32,000 nt of DNA, taken from positions 231,432 to 263,431 of the forward strand of contig JAVZZH010000001.1 in assembly GCA_038885755.1 (NCBI GenBank), written 5' to 3'. The notes under the pieces were generated by a model, which was not told the DNA's origin, did no database searches, and saw only the letters and a list, made by a program, of their open reading frames with translations. Numbering within the stretch: the stretch's first letter is position 1; every line of letters starts with the position of its first letter. This document shows, in pieces, positions 1-8,076 of this stretch. Position numbers and translations under genes: made by a program. This stretch comes from Candidatus Caldarchaeum sp. (GTDB taxonomy: Archaea > Thermoproteota > Nitrososphaeria_A > Caldarchaeales > Caldarchaeaceae).

Positions 1-1449
1 GTCTTCCTAGTCGTCGGCGGCCTGCTGGCGCTTCTCATGAGGTGGGAGCTTGCAACCCCGCGGGGAGGTTTGTTCACGCCAGACATGTACGCCAGCCTCT
101 TCACAATACATGGCACGTTGATGGTTTTCTTCTGGGCCATGCCGATCTTCGCAGGCTTCGGCAACTATCTCATCCCCAAGATGATAGGCGCTCCCGACAT
201 GTATTATCCCAAGCTGAACGCTCTGAGCTTCTGGCTGTTCCTGTCAGCCGGAGTGATTTTGCTGACGAGCTGGGCGAACATAGGGTGGACAGGCTACACA
301 CCGCTGTCCGTCATAACCCCTAACCCGGGCATAGACCTCTGGATACTCAGCCTGCACGTTGCTGGAACTTCTTCGATGATAGGCTCGCTGAACTTCATAG
401 TAACGGTCTGGAGGCTGAGGAGGAGCGACATAGGGCTCTGGAGGATGCCGCTGTTTGTATGGTCTTGGGTGGTCACAGCCTTCATTATTATATTCGCCGT
501 TCCTGTGATCGCGTTCGCCCTAACTCTTCTTCTGCTAGACAGAAACCTAGGAACCGGGTTCTACCTTCCGAGTGCAGGAGGAGACACAATCCTCTGGCAG
601 CACCTGTTCTGGTTCTTCGGACACCCCGAGGTTTACATACTCGTCCTCCCAGCCATGGGCATCGTTTCTGAGCTGATCCCGCGCTTGGTGAAGAAACCCA
701 TAGTCGGATACAGGATGATAGCCCTATCGTCTGTGCTGATAGCCGTCCTAAGCTTCGGCGTCTGGGCCCACCACATGTTCACCACAGGTCTTTCACCGCT
801 TACTCTCGCGCCCTTCATGATTATGACGATGATGGTAGCCGTGCCTTCAGGAATCAAAGTCGTCAACTGGGAGGCGACGATGTGGGGTGGAAAGATTAGG
901 TTCAACACGCCTACTCTGTTCTGCATAAGCTTTGTAGGAACATTCATAGTGGGCGGCATAACGGGAGTGTTCCAAGCATCCATCCCAGTCGACTGGCAGC
1001 TGCAGGACACTTACTGGGTCGTAGGCCACATGCACTTCATCCTGTTCGGAGCGATAAGTCAAGCCGCCTTCGCAGCAACATACTACTACTTCCCATACCT
1101 GACTAAGAGGATGTACAGCGAAACTCTTGGAAAGATCCACTTTGCAACAGCCAACATAGGCCAGTATCTTGTATTCATGTCGATGATGGTTCTCGGGTTG
1201 ATGGGCATGCCGAGAAGATACTACGGCTACGTTGAAGTCTACCAGCCCTTGCACGTCGTTGCAACCATCGGAGCCATGGTGATAGGCATAGGTACAGCGA
1301 TCTTCCTTCTGAACATCCTGCTCAGCTGGAAGTACGGGCCCAAAGCTTCTGACGACCCCTGGGACTCGGTCAAGAACAACATGCCGGACTTCTTGGGAGA
1401 GTACCTGAACAGGCAGCAGCTTACGGCGAAAGCTGACGGAGCAGGATGA
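1..1449 (+). CDS. coxA: Heme-copper (cytochrome c/quinol) oxidase subunit I, 5' truncated by the window edge
   Basis: Reading frame is open from base 1 (VFLVVGGLLALLMRWELATPRGG...). Contains subunit I signatures WLFWFFGHPEVYILVLPAMGIVSE, VWAHHMFTTG and YWVVGHMHFILFGA. Confidence 0.95.
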   Translation, partial: VFLVVGGLLALLMRWELATPRGGLFTPDMYASLFTIHGTLMVFFWAMPIFAGFGNYLIPKMIGAPDMYYPKLNALSFWLFLSAGVILLTSWANIGWTGYTPLSVITPNPGIDLWILSLHVAGTSSMIGSLNFIVTVWRLRRSDIGLWRMPLFVWSWVVTAFIIIFAVPVIAFALTLLLLDRNLGTGFYLPSAGGDTILWQHLFWFFGHPEVYILVLPAMGIVSELIPRLVKKPIVGYRMIALSSVLIAVLSFGVWAHHMFTTGLSPLTLAPFMIMTMMVAVPSGIKVVNWEATMWGGKIRFNTPTLFCISFVGTFIVGGITGVFQASIPVDWQLQDTYWVVGHMHFILFGAISQAAFAATYYYFPYLTKRMYSETLGKIHFATANIGQYLVFMSMMVLGLMGMPRRYYGYVEVYQPLHVVATIGAMVIGIGTAIFLLNILLSWKYGPKASDDPWDSVKNNMPDFLGEYLNRQQLTAKADGAG

Positions 1450-1453
1450 TGAG

Positions 1454-1708
1454 ATGTCGTTGTCGAGCAAGCTTGAGGACGCCGTCAAAAGATACCAGAC
1501 GACCAGTGTAGTGCTGGCCATACTGGTCCACTTCTTCATATTCATCACAGCGATACTAGTCATCGTGGTGCTGAAGCAGCCGCTCGTGGTTTTCATAGCG
1601 ACACACGCCACGCTGCAGACAGCGACAATACTCAACGCATTATTCGGCCATAAGGTTTACCGGAAATATCTAACCGCGCGGCTCGCACGCAACGTCAGGA
1701 TCTCTTGA
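1454..1708 (+). CDS. Small membrane protein, likely accessory subunit of the terminal oxidase
   Basis: 84 aa with two hydrophobic segments, 4 nt after the subunit I stop, same strand. Confidence 0.6.
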   Translation: MSLSSKLEDAVKRYQTTSVVLAILVHFFIFITAILVIVVLKQPLVVFIATHATLQTATILNALFGHKVYRKYLTARLARNVRIS

Positions 1709-1721
1709 AAGGTGATGGCTG

Positions 1722-2633
1722 TTGGTTTTCGAAACAGTTGCACGCATAGTAAAGCCGTTTATCGTGGCGGTGAAACACCTCTTCTCCACACCGATCACCG
1801 TCAAGTATCCCTACGAGAAGATCGTCAACACCACGGGTGAACACTACCGATACGACCCGAAAGCCGGCATAGCCTACCCGGGCTTCAAAGGCAGGCACAT
1901 CCTCTACCTTGACAAATGCACGGGCTGCAGCCTCTGCGACATAGCCTGCCAGAACATAGCCGAGGCCATCATAATGGTCTACGGCTTCAACGTAAGCATT
2001 AAGTTCGGCAAGGAGTTCATGGAGGGTTTCAGGTCGGGCGACAAGACTGCTGTGGAGTTTGTCGAGAACCTTACCACGGCCCTCTACTCAGGCGGGCGTG
2101 GAGCTGGCTTCAACTCACACCCGGTCCAAGACGTAGCTTGGACAGATTTCAGAGCGATCCAGCCCTCCGAGGATGGTTATCTGTGGAAGCTCAACGCCGA
2201 GCCTTTGTTTGCATACAGGTCTGAATACATAGTCGAGACCTACCTGCAGAAATTCTTCGACTGGCTCAAGTCGGCGGGATGGGCTGAGGAAGCGTTCGAG
2301 GTTCAGGGTGCCGACAAGGAGGATGAGTACCATAGGTTTTCGAAAGACCGCTACCAAGTTGTTTTGGCCCTAACGAAGATCGATGAAAAGATGGCGCACA
2401 ACAAGAAATCCTACTTCCCAGCAGTCGATTACAGCCGCTGTGTGTTCTGCGGTTTCTGCGTGGACGCCTGCCCGTTCTACGCTTTGGAGATGATGCCCGA
2501 CTACGAGCTTTCAGCCATGGACAGAAGGTCTCTCCTGTACAGCCCGAAGCAGCTGGCCAAGCCCGGCGTCTCAACAGCCCCGGCTGAGATAGGCTGGTTC
2601 GACAAGCTTGTAATGGCTTTGAGGGGATGGTAG
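1722..2633 (+). CDS. nuoI: NuoI-like 4Fe-4S subunit of complex I / Fpo-type dehydrogenase, with long inter-cluster insert
   Basis: CTGCSLCDIACQ and CVFCGFCVDACP motifs, N-terminal ITVKYPYEK, nuo genes adjacent. Apparent TTG start. Confidence 0.8.
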   Translation: MVFETVARIVKPFIVAVKHLFSTPITVKYPYEKIVNTTGEHYRYDPKAGIAYPGFKGRHILYLDKCTGCSLCDIACQNIAEAIIMVYGFNVSIKFGKEFMEGFRSGDKTAVEFVENLTTALYSGGRGAGFNSHPVQDVAWTDFRAIQPSEDGYLWKLNAEPLFAYRSEYIVETYLQKFFDWLKSAGWAEEAFEVQGADKEDEYHRFSKDRYQVVLALTKIDEKMAHNKKSYFPAVDYSRCVFCGFCVDACPFYALEMMPDYELSAMDRRSLLYSPKQLAKPGVSTAPAEIGWFDKLVMALRGW

Positions 2634-2989
2634 TGTCTCACGAGCTCTCCCCGAAGGAGAGGCCTGAGCTCGTCGAGCTGCATGAGGGGCTCAGGAGCCT
2701 CGTCAAGGCTTTACGATCTTTTCTAGACACGGAGGACTATGGCTGGCTTAAGAAGGCCTTTGAAGTCCATCAGAAGCTTGTGAGCAACAAGCATTATCAG
2801 GGCTTGTCTGGAAGGCTCGACCTCGACAACAATCTCAGAGCCATGAACCAAGTCTACCTAGCCTACGGAGAGAAGTCGGATGACTTTACGCATGGACGGC
2901 TTCTCGACCAAGTTGTGTACACCATCGTAAGGGCTAACATCATTTCGACGGGGCTTGAGTTCAAGCTCAAGCGTATGAGGAAGGGCTAG
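2627..2989 (+). CDS. Hypothetical protein, 120 aa
   Basis: Overlaps the nuoI 3' end by 7 nt on the same strand; codon use looks coding; no family recognised. Confidence 0.55.
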   Translation: MVVSHELSPKERPELVELHEGLRSLVKALRSFLDTEDYGWLKKAFEVHQKLVSNKHYQGLSGRLDLDNNLRAMNQVYLAYGEKSDDFTHGRLLDQVVYTIVRANIISTGLEFKLKRMRKG

Positions 2990-4017
2990 GCTGTCAGGGT
3001 GGGCAGGTAGACTGTTAGGCTTACGATGAACAGGTTTATCAGGGCCAGCGGTATCAGAACCCTCCACCCGAGGTCTAGGATCTTCTTCATCGTAATTCTT
3101 GTGTAAACTCCTCTGAAGAGCAGCACTATCGACAGCAAGACTAGGAACTTGACGAACACCCAGAACGGATGTGCTATCGTCTCCGGGACCCCGGGAAGCA
3201 TCGGCCCGTGCCAGCCTCCCAGATAGAGGTTGACCGTGAGGAAGATCAGGGCGTCGAGCTTGGTGTACATGGCTAGCTGGATGGTCAAGAACCCGACGGA
3301 CCCGTACTCCACCATCCAGCCTTCCACAAGCTCCTGCTCGGCCGTCGGCAGGTCGAACGGAATCCGCTCAGCCTCGCTCAGAGCCGCTATGAAGAAGACT
3401 AGAAACCCGATGACCTGCGTTATGATGAACGGCACTGCGTACTGGGAGTTGACGATTTCGACGATGTCGAAAGACCTAGCCACAATTATAACGCCTGTGA
3501 GGGCTAGGAACAGCGGTATCTCGTATGCGAAAACTTGGAAGGCGAACCTTATCATGCCTATGAAGCTGTACTTGCTTCCCGAAGCCCATCCAGCAATTAT
3601 GAATGGGATAGGTGAAACAGCCAGCAGAAGGAATATCAACAGCACGCTGATGTCCGACCTGTAAATCACCCAGTATTCGCTGAAAGGTATGAAGGCGAAG
3701 AGGAGGGCCGATAACACGAGGGCGGCCATCGGCATGGTGATGAAAAGCTTTCTCCTAGCCCGTGATGGAATGATGTATTCTTTCGAAAGAAACTTGAGTG
3801 CGTCTGCAACCACCTGCAGCCATCCGCCGTACTTGCCGACGTGGAAAGGCCCGATCCTAAGCATCACACGTGCCAAGAGTTTTCGCTCATACCAGACCGA
3901 GAGGATGCCTAGGACGGCGACGAACGTTGCTCCCGGGAAAATTGCCGCCTTGACGAAAGGCTCGCTTGCGACGAAGCGAATTACTTGGTCAAGGGGTGGA
4001 GGTACCGGGACTACCAT
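2986..4017 (-). CDS. nuoH: NADH-quinone oxidoreductase subunit H
   Basis: 343 aa multi-TM. Motifs YERKLLARVMLRIGPFHVGKYGGWLQVVADALKFLSKE and RAPFDLPTAEQELVEGWMVEYGS-like segment (IPFDLPTAEQELVEGWMVEYGSVGF). Confidence 0.95.
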   Translation of the reverse strand: MVVPVPPPLDQVIRFVASEPFVKAAIFPGATFVAVLGILSVWYERKLLARVMLRIGPFHVGKYGGWLQVVADALKFLSKEYIIPSRARRKLFITMPMAALVLSALLFAFIPFSEYWVIYRSDISVLLIFLLLAVSPIPFIIAGWASGSKYSFIGMIRFAFQVFAYEIPLFLALTGVIIVARSFDIVEIVNSQYAVPFIITQVIGFLVFFIAALSEAERIPFDLPTAEQELVEGWMVEYGSVGFLTIQLAMYTKLDALIFLTVNLYLGGWHGPMLPGVPETIAHPFWVFVKFLVLLSIVLLFRGVYTRITMKKILDLGWRVLIPLALINLFIVSLTVYLPTLTA

Positions 4018-4020
4018 GTC

Positions 4021-4377
4021 TCACAGCCTCTGGGGAAGGTCCTTAAGGCTGAGGGCTGCGAAGATGGATGAAGCGCTCAGCACTCCAAGCAGGAGCACGA
4101 GGTTGAAGGCGTACTGTGGATTATCTATGATTGCTAGGGCTGAGATGAAGACGGCTATCGAGAGGACGGCGTAAGCCACGTAGATGATGGCGTAGGGGAA
4201 GTATTCTACGGGGAAGGAGGTTTCAGCCCACTCGAAAGGAACCTGACCGCTTTCGAACGAAAGCCTCTTCCTCCTCGTCCCCCTGCTCGACGAGAGGAGC
4301 TTGTTGGCCAGAAGAAGTATCAGGGGAAGCGCCGCCGTCAAAACCGTGTAGTAGATCAGCGCCTCGGTCTGCGACAT
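4021..4377 (-). CDS. nuoA: NADH-quinone oxidoreductase subunit A
   Basis: 118 aa, FESGQVPFEWAETSFPVEYFPYAIIYVAYAVLSI; immediately upstream of nuoH. Confidence 0.85.
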   Translation of the reverse strand: MSQTEALIYYTVLTAALPLILLLANKLLSSSRGTRRKRLSFESGQVPFEWAETSFPVEYFPYAIIYVAYAVLSIAVFISALAIIDNPQYAFNLVLLLGVLSASSIFAALSLKDLPQRL

Positions 4378-4413
4378 CGGTGATAAGCCGAGCGGCGATT
4401 ATTTAAATCTGCG

Positions 4414-5868
4414 TCAACGAGGCTCGAGAGCTGTTTTGAGGCTGAGATACTGCTTTATGTCCGAGACGGGAACCCTCTCCTGCTTCATCGTGTCTCTGTC
4501 TCGGATTGTTGCGGTGTGGTCTTGAATGGTCTGGTAGTCGACTGTGATGCAGTAGGGCGTACCTATCTCGTCCTGTCTTCTGTACCTCCTTCCGATGCTG
4601 CCGCTTTCGTCGTAGAAGACGTCGAAGTCCAGCTTTAAGCTCTCGTAAACGGATCTGGCGTAGCTGACCAGCGGAGGCTTGTCCATCAGAGGGAACACGG
4701 CTGCGGTGTATGGCGCTAGGTAGGGATGGAGCTTGAGGACTGTTCTCTCGTTTTCGACTTTGTAAGCTAGCTCCAGCAGGGCTAGAATGCTCCGGTCAAC
4801 ACCCATCGAAAGCTCGAAGACATGAGGGACTATGCTCACGCCGTCCTCGACAACACTCAGGTCAGCACCGCTCTCACGCGCGTGGCCGTTCAAGTCGTAA
4901 TCTGTCCTGTTGTTGCAGGCCACGAGCTCCACCCATCCCGAGCCGAGCAGCACCTCAAAATCCCACGCCTCAGCCGCGTAGAACGCCTTCTCGTCATCCC
5001 CCAGCCTCCTAAACCTAATCCTGTCGAGGGGGAAGCCAAGAGCTAGGTAAAAATCCTGAAGAAGCGACAGGTAGTAGGCTGTGAGCCAGCTAGACACCAG
5101 CCCGGACTCGACGGCTTCGCTGCACTTGACGAGGCTCACCCTGTCGTCAACCATGAGGTTGAGCAGCTTGTCCTTAACAGCTTCAGCCTTCGAGCCGTCA
5201 GCTATATTCGGGTTGTAGAAAACCTCTACCTCGGCCTGCGTGAACTCCCTCAACCTGAGCAGCGACTGTCTGGGGGAGATCTCGTTCCTGAAGCTCCTGC
5301 CTACCTGCGCAACCGCTATCGGTAGTTTCCTCCGCGATATCTTATAAATCCTCTGAAAATCCACGAAGATGTTTTGACATGTCTCGGGCCTCAGGTATGC
5401 ATCCTCGCCCGCCGCTCCCACCGAGACTTTGAACATCATGTTGAAGAGCGAGACCTTACCCAGACTTCCGCCGCAGAGCGGACATTTGAAACCTGTACGC
5501 TCTATGATCGAATCTATCTGCTCCGGCGGAGTTCTCTCGGGGACTTTCAAGCCAGTCTTCTCCTCGATAAGCCTGTCTATCCTGTGCACCGCGCCGCAGG
5601 ACGAGCATCTGCTTATAGGGTCTACGAAGGTGGTGAGATGCCCTGAGGCGGCGAAAACCCCTCTGGGAAGGATCTGCGACCCGTCTATCAGTATCATCTC
5701 GTCCCTTCGAACCAAAAGCCTGTGCCATGCCGAAATATACTTCTGCTTCATCAACACCCCGAGATGCCCGTACTCCCAGAACCCTGCGGGAGAGTTAGGA
5801 TATATCTCAGCCGAGGGGAAGAAAAAACCTCTCTCGAGCCCGAGCTTTATCACCTCTTCAAGACCCAT
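4414..5868 (-). CDS. glyS: Glycyl-tRNA synthetase, archaeal/eukaryotic type
   Basis: 484 aa. GFFFPSAEIYPNSPAGFWEYGHLGVLMK, class II motif VGRSFRNEISPRQSLLRLREFTQAEVEVF, YLRPETCQNIFVDF. Confidence 0.93.
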   Translation of the reverse strand: MGLEEVIKLGLERGFFFPSAEIYPNSPAGFWEYGHLGVLMKQKYISAWHRLLVRRDEMILIDGSQILPRGVFAASGHLTTFVDPISRCSSCGAVHRIDRLIEEKTGLKVPERTPPEQIDSIIERTGFKCPLCGGSLGKVSLFNMMFKVSVGAAGEDAYLRPETCQNIFVDFQRIYKISRRKLPIAVAQVGRSFRNEISPRQSLLRLREFTQAEVEVFYNPNIADGSKAEAVKDKLLNLMVDDRVSLVKCSEAVESGLVSSWLTAYYLSLLQDFYLALGFPLDRIRFRRLGDDEKAFYAAEAWDFEVLLGSGWVELVACNNRTDYDLNGHARESGADLSVVEDGVSIVPHVFELSMGVDRSILALLELAYKVENERTVLKLHPYLAPYTAAVFPLMDKPPLVSYARSVYESLKLDFDVFYDESGSIGRRYRRQDEIGTPYCITVDYQTIQDHTATIRDRDTMKQERVPVSDIKQYLSLKTALEPR

Positions 5869-5883
5869 CTTTCCAGCACCGTT

Positions 5884-6573
5884 TTAAAGAACTGTCTTGC
5901 CGCAGTTGGGGCACGTACCGTTAATGTTTACGTATGCCTCTGCGCACCCCTGATGAAACACGACCCCGCAGCTGCTGCATCTAACAGCGTTCTCGGCCGT
6001 GACGGTTGTGTAGCATATGGGGCAGACCGTTTCATCCTCAACGTTTTCAACCCTCTCCAAGCTGGTCTCCTCCGGAACCGACGAACTCGTCAACGGCTCC
6101 TGCTCCCCGTAGTACTGGGGATACGGAACCTCGACCCTCTGCGGCCTCGTCAGGACAACCACGAGCCCCAAAGCCATCAGAACCACGGCCGTGAACAGAG
6201 CTGCGAAGAAGCCTAGGTCAGGTTCTCCGGAGACGTTGAGCCTCGGCAGCGCAACCATGCTGAGGTACACGGGTGAAAGCAAGGCGAGGACGCCTCCTAG
6301 AATCGAGAAAGCCGCTAGGATGATTCTCACCGTCCCAGCCCGCGACGAGAAGGATGTGGCGAGAAGCGAGAGGCCTGCGAGCATTCCGCCGGCTACTGAA
6401 AACATCAGGGTCTCGGTCAACAGATAACCGCTCAGAAGGCTTCTGGAAACAGTGTCAGCCCTTACCACGTACCAAGGCAGCAGAAGAGTAAGGATGTGCA
6501 TGCTCCCAACTAGCGCAAGCAAGGAGCCGAGCTTGAAAAACCTTACCAAAAGCCGTTGCTCGGAGACTATCAT
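5884..6573 (-). CDS. Multi-pass membrane protein with C-terminal cytosolic RING-like zinc finger; candidate membrane E3
   Basis: About four hydrophobic segments, then C-terminal CPICYTTVTAENAVRCSSCGVVFHQGCAEAYVNINGTCPNC (Cx2C-x11-Cx2C-x4-H-x2-C-x10-Cx2C). Confidence 0.85.
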   Translation of the reverse strand: MIVSEQRLLVRFFKLGSLLALVGSMHILTLLLPWYVVRADTVSRSLLSGYLLTETLMFSVAGGMLAGLSLLATSFSSRAGTVRIILAAFSILGGVLALLSPVYLSMVALPRLNVSGEPDLGFFAALFTAVVLMALGLVVVLTRPQRVEVPYPQYYGEQEPLTSSSVPEETSLERVENVEDETVCPICYTTVTAENAVRCSSCGVVFHQGCAEAYVNINGTCPNCGKTVL

Positions 6574-6597
6574 TCCGGCTTAAAGCCTGTGAAAAGC

Positions 6598-6610
6598 ACC
6601 TTATAAAAAC
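6598..6610 (-). promoter_or_regulatory. TATA-like box for the membrane RING-like gene
   Basis: Minus strand reads GTTTTTATAAGGT about 27-30 nt upstream of ATG at 6573. Confidence 0.6.
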
Positions 6611-6670
6611 ATGTCTCTGGAACTCCCTCGAGTCGTTTAGCGAGATTGTCGGTTTTTCCCGTAGCAGTAG

Positions 6671-6680
6671 GGTTTATAAC
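6671..6680 (+). promoter_or_regulatory. TATA-like box for the 6703 coiled-coil gene
   Basis: ggTTTATAAc about 27-30 nt upstream of ATG at 6703; no clear ribosome-binding site, so possibly leaderless. Confidence 0.55.
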
Positions 6681-6702
6681 CCCGTAAAACGCTGAATGTG
6701 CC

Positions 6703-7536
6703 ATGGGCCTGCTTTCCAAGCGCGGCGACAACATGGTCGACCTCCGTAAAGAGGTTGCCGCTTTAAGGGTGCAGTTAATCGACAGGATGGAGGAGAGAAT
6801 AGGCCTTGTCGAGGAGGCTTTGTCGAAGCTCAAGGAGGATGTTAGGCTCGTCCTAGACCAGTTTTCGGCTCCACACAAGATAATGGTAAACATGCAGGAG
6901 ATCCTTGCACGTGGAGCTGTCCTCAACGAGACTCTCGACGAGTTCAAGGCGGCTACAGAGGAGCTGAAGGCTATGCGCAACAGCGTGCAGGAGATGACTG
7001 AAGCCTTGATGAGGGAGAGGGAGCAGCTTGCGAAGGAGATGCAGAGGTATAAGGCTGAGAGAGACGGTTTGAACGCCTTGAGGGAGGAGGTTTCCAGATG
7101 GAGGGCCGAGCTTGAGCAGAAAGAGCGTCAGATCGCAGAGGCTCAGGAGACGCTTAAAACTCTTCTGAGGAAGAAGGAGAGCTTGGAGGAGGAGGTCCGG
7201 ATGCTGAGCGATAGATACTTGACTTCTTTCGATGATGCTCAGAAGAAGCTCGAGGCATACGGGAGGGAGATGGACAAGATGTTCAAACTGAGGGAGATCA
7301 GGATGGAGAGGTTGATTCGTAGGGAGAAAGAGCTCGAGGACAGACTGGCTGCGTTGGAAAACAGCAAGTCAGAGGCTGAGAAGCTTATTGCTTTCGCTAA
7401 TAAGCTGAAGGAGGAGGTGAGCAAGCTGGAAGCCTACAAGGAATCGCTGTCAAACGAGATATCTCAGATGGAGAAGAGGAGGGCTGAGCTGAACGAGCTG
7501 ATAACTGAGATGAGGCGGGCATTCCTCACTTCATAA
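6703..7536 (+). CDS. Long coiled-coil protein, 277 aa
   Basis: Highly charged heptad-like Glu/Lys/Leu composition throughout; convergent with the ubiquitin-like operon. Confidence 0.8.
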   Translation: MGLLSKRGDNMVDLRKEVAALRVQLIDRMEERIGLVEEALSKLKEDVRLVLDQFSAPHKIMVNMQEILARGAVLNETLDEFKAATEELKAMRNSVQEMTEALMREREQLAKEMQRYKAERDGLNALREEVSRWRAELEQKERQIAEAQETLKTLLRKKESLEEEVRMLSDRYLTSFDDAQKKLEAYGREMDKMFKLREIRMERLIRREKELEDRLAALENSKSEAEKLIAFANKLKEEVSKLEAYKESLSNEISQMEKRRAELNELITEMRRAFLTS

Positions 7537-7842
7537 CTTCAGAGCCTTCTTTATCTGAGCAACTGTCGCAGACAACTCTCCCAACGCGTTTAGAACATCT
7601 CTCATGTCGTCTGCAAGAATAGTGAGCTGGTCCTCGATATCCCTCAACTTCTTCTCGAAGCCTTCGGGAGGTTTTTCCTCTCTCTGCAGCGAGTTGATTT
7701 TGGCGTTGACTTTTTCGATTTCCTCGAAAACCTCGACAAGTAGCTCAGCTAGCTGCTTGACTCCCTCAAACCGTGCAACAGGCCCCTTCGGCGTCTCCAG
7801 AAAGTCCAGTTCTACCACCTTCTCGTTTTTCTCCTCCGACAT
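7531..7842 (-). CDS. Small coiled-coil protein, 103 aa, last gene of the ubiquitin-like operon
   Basis: ATG at 7842 lies 3 nt beyond the RING gene stop (7846), same strand; C-terminal half strongly helical. Confidence 0.75.
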   Translation of the reverse strand: MSEEKNEKVVELDFLETPKGPVARFEGVKQLAELLVEVFEEIEKVNAKINSLQREEKPPEGFEKKLRDIEDQLTILADDMRDVLNALGELSATVAQIKKALKL

Positions 7843-7845
7843 CGC

Positions 7846-8076
7846 TCACTCCTCCACGATCGTTCTCCGGCAGAGGGGGCAGGTCTTCCTGATAAGCAGC
7901 CAGTCGTCGAAGCACGTCATATGACCTACAGCCCCGCAGTGAGGACAGCTGTAGATTTTGTCGTTCGACAGCTCCAGCCCACAGATTACACACAGGCCTG
8001 TCCTCTCCTTCTTCTCAGACACGGCTTCGAACGGGTTCCAGAAGCCCGCGTTAACTTCCTTGACCACTATCTTCAA
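7846..8076 (-). CDS. Small RING-like zinc finger protein (candidate E3)
   Basis: CVICGLELSNDKIYSCPHCGAVGHMTCFDDWLLIRKTCPLC. TTG start overlaps the E1 gene end by 26 nt. Confidence 0.9.
   Translation of the reverse strand: MKIVVKEVNAGFWNPFEAVSEKKERTGLCVICGLELSNDKIYSCPHCGAVGHMTCFDDWLLIRKTCPLCRRTIVEE

Noticed and set aside
42-1010. Track ORFs 42..323 +, 459..671 +, 633..1010 -
   Set aside because: Lie inside the well-supported subunit I frame; low-complexity Arg/Ser/Pro translations typical of shadow ORFs in GC-rich DNA.
847-1635. 262-aa minus-strand ORF opposite coxA and the small membrane gene
   Set aside because: Antisense to confirmed coding sequence, no recognisable domain.
5429-6216. 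ORFs 5429..5887 + and 5722..6216 +
   Set aside because: Antisense to glycyl-tRNA synthetase and the membrane RING-like gene; Ser/Pro-rich shadow translations.
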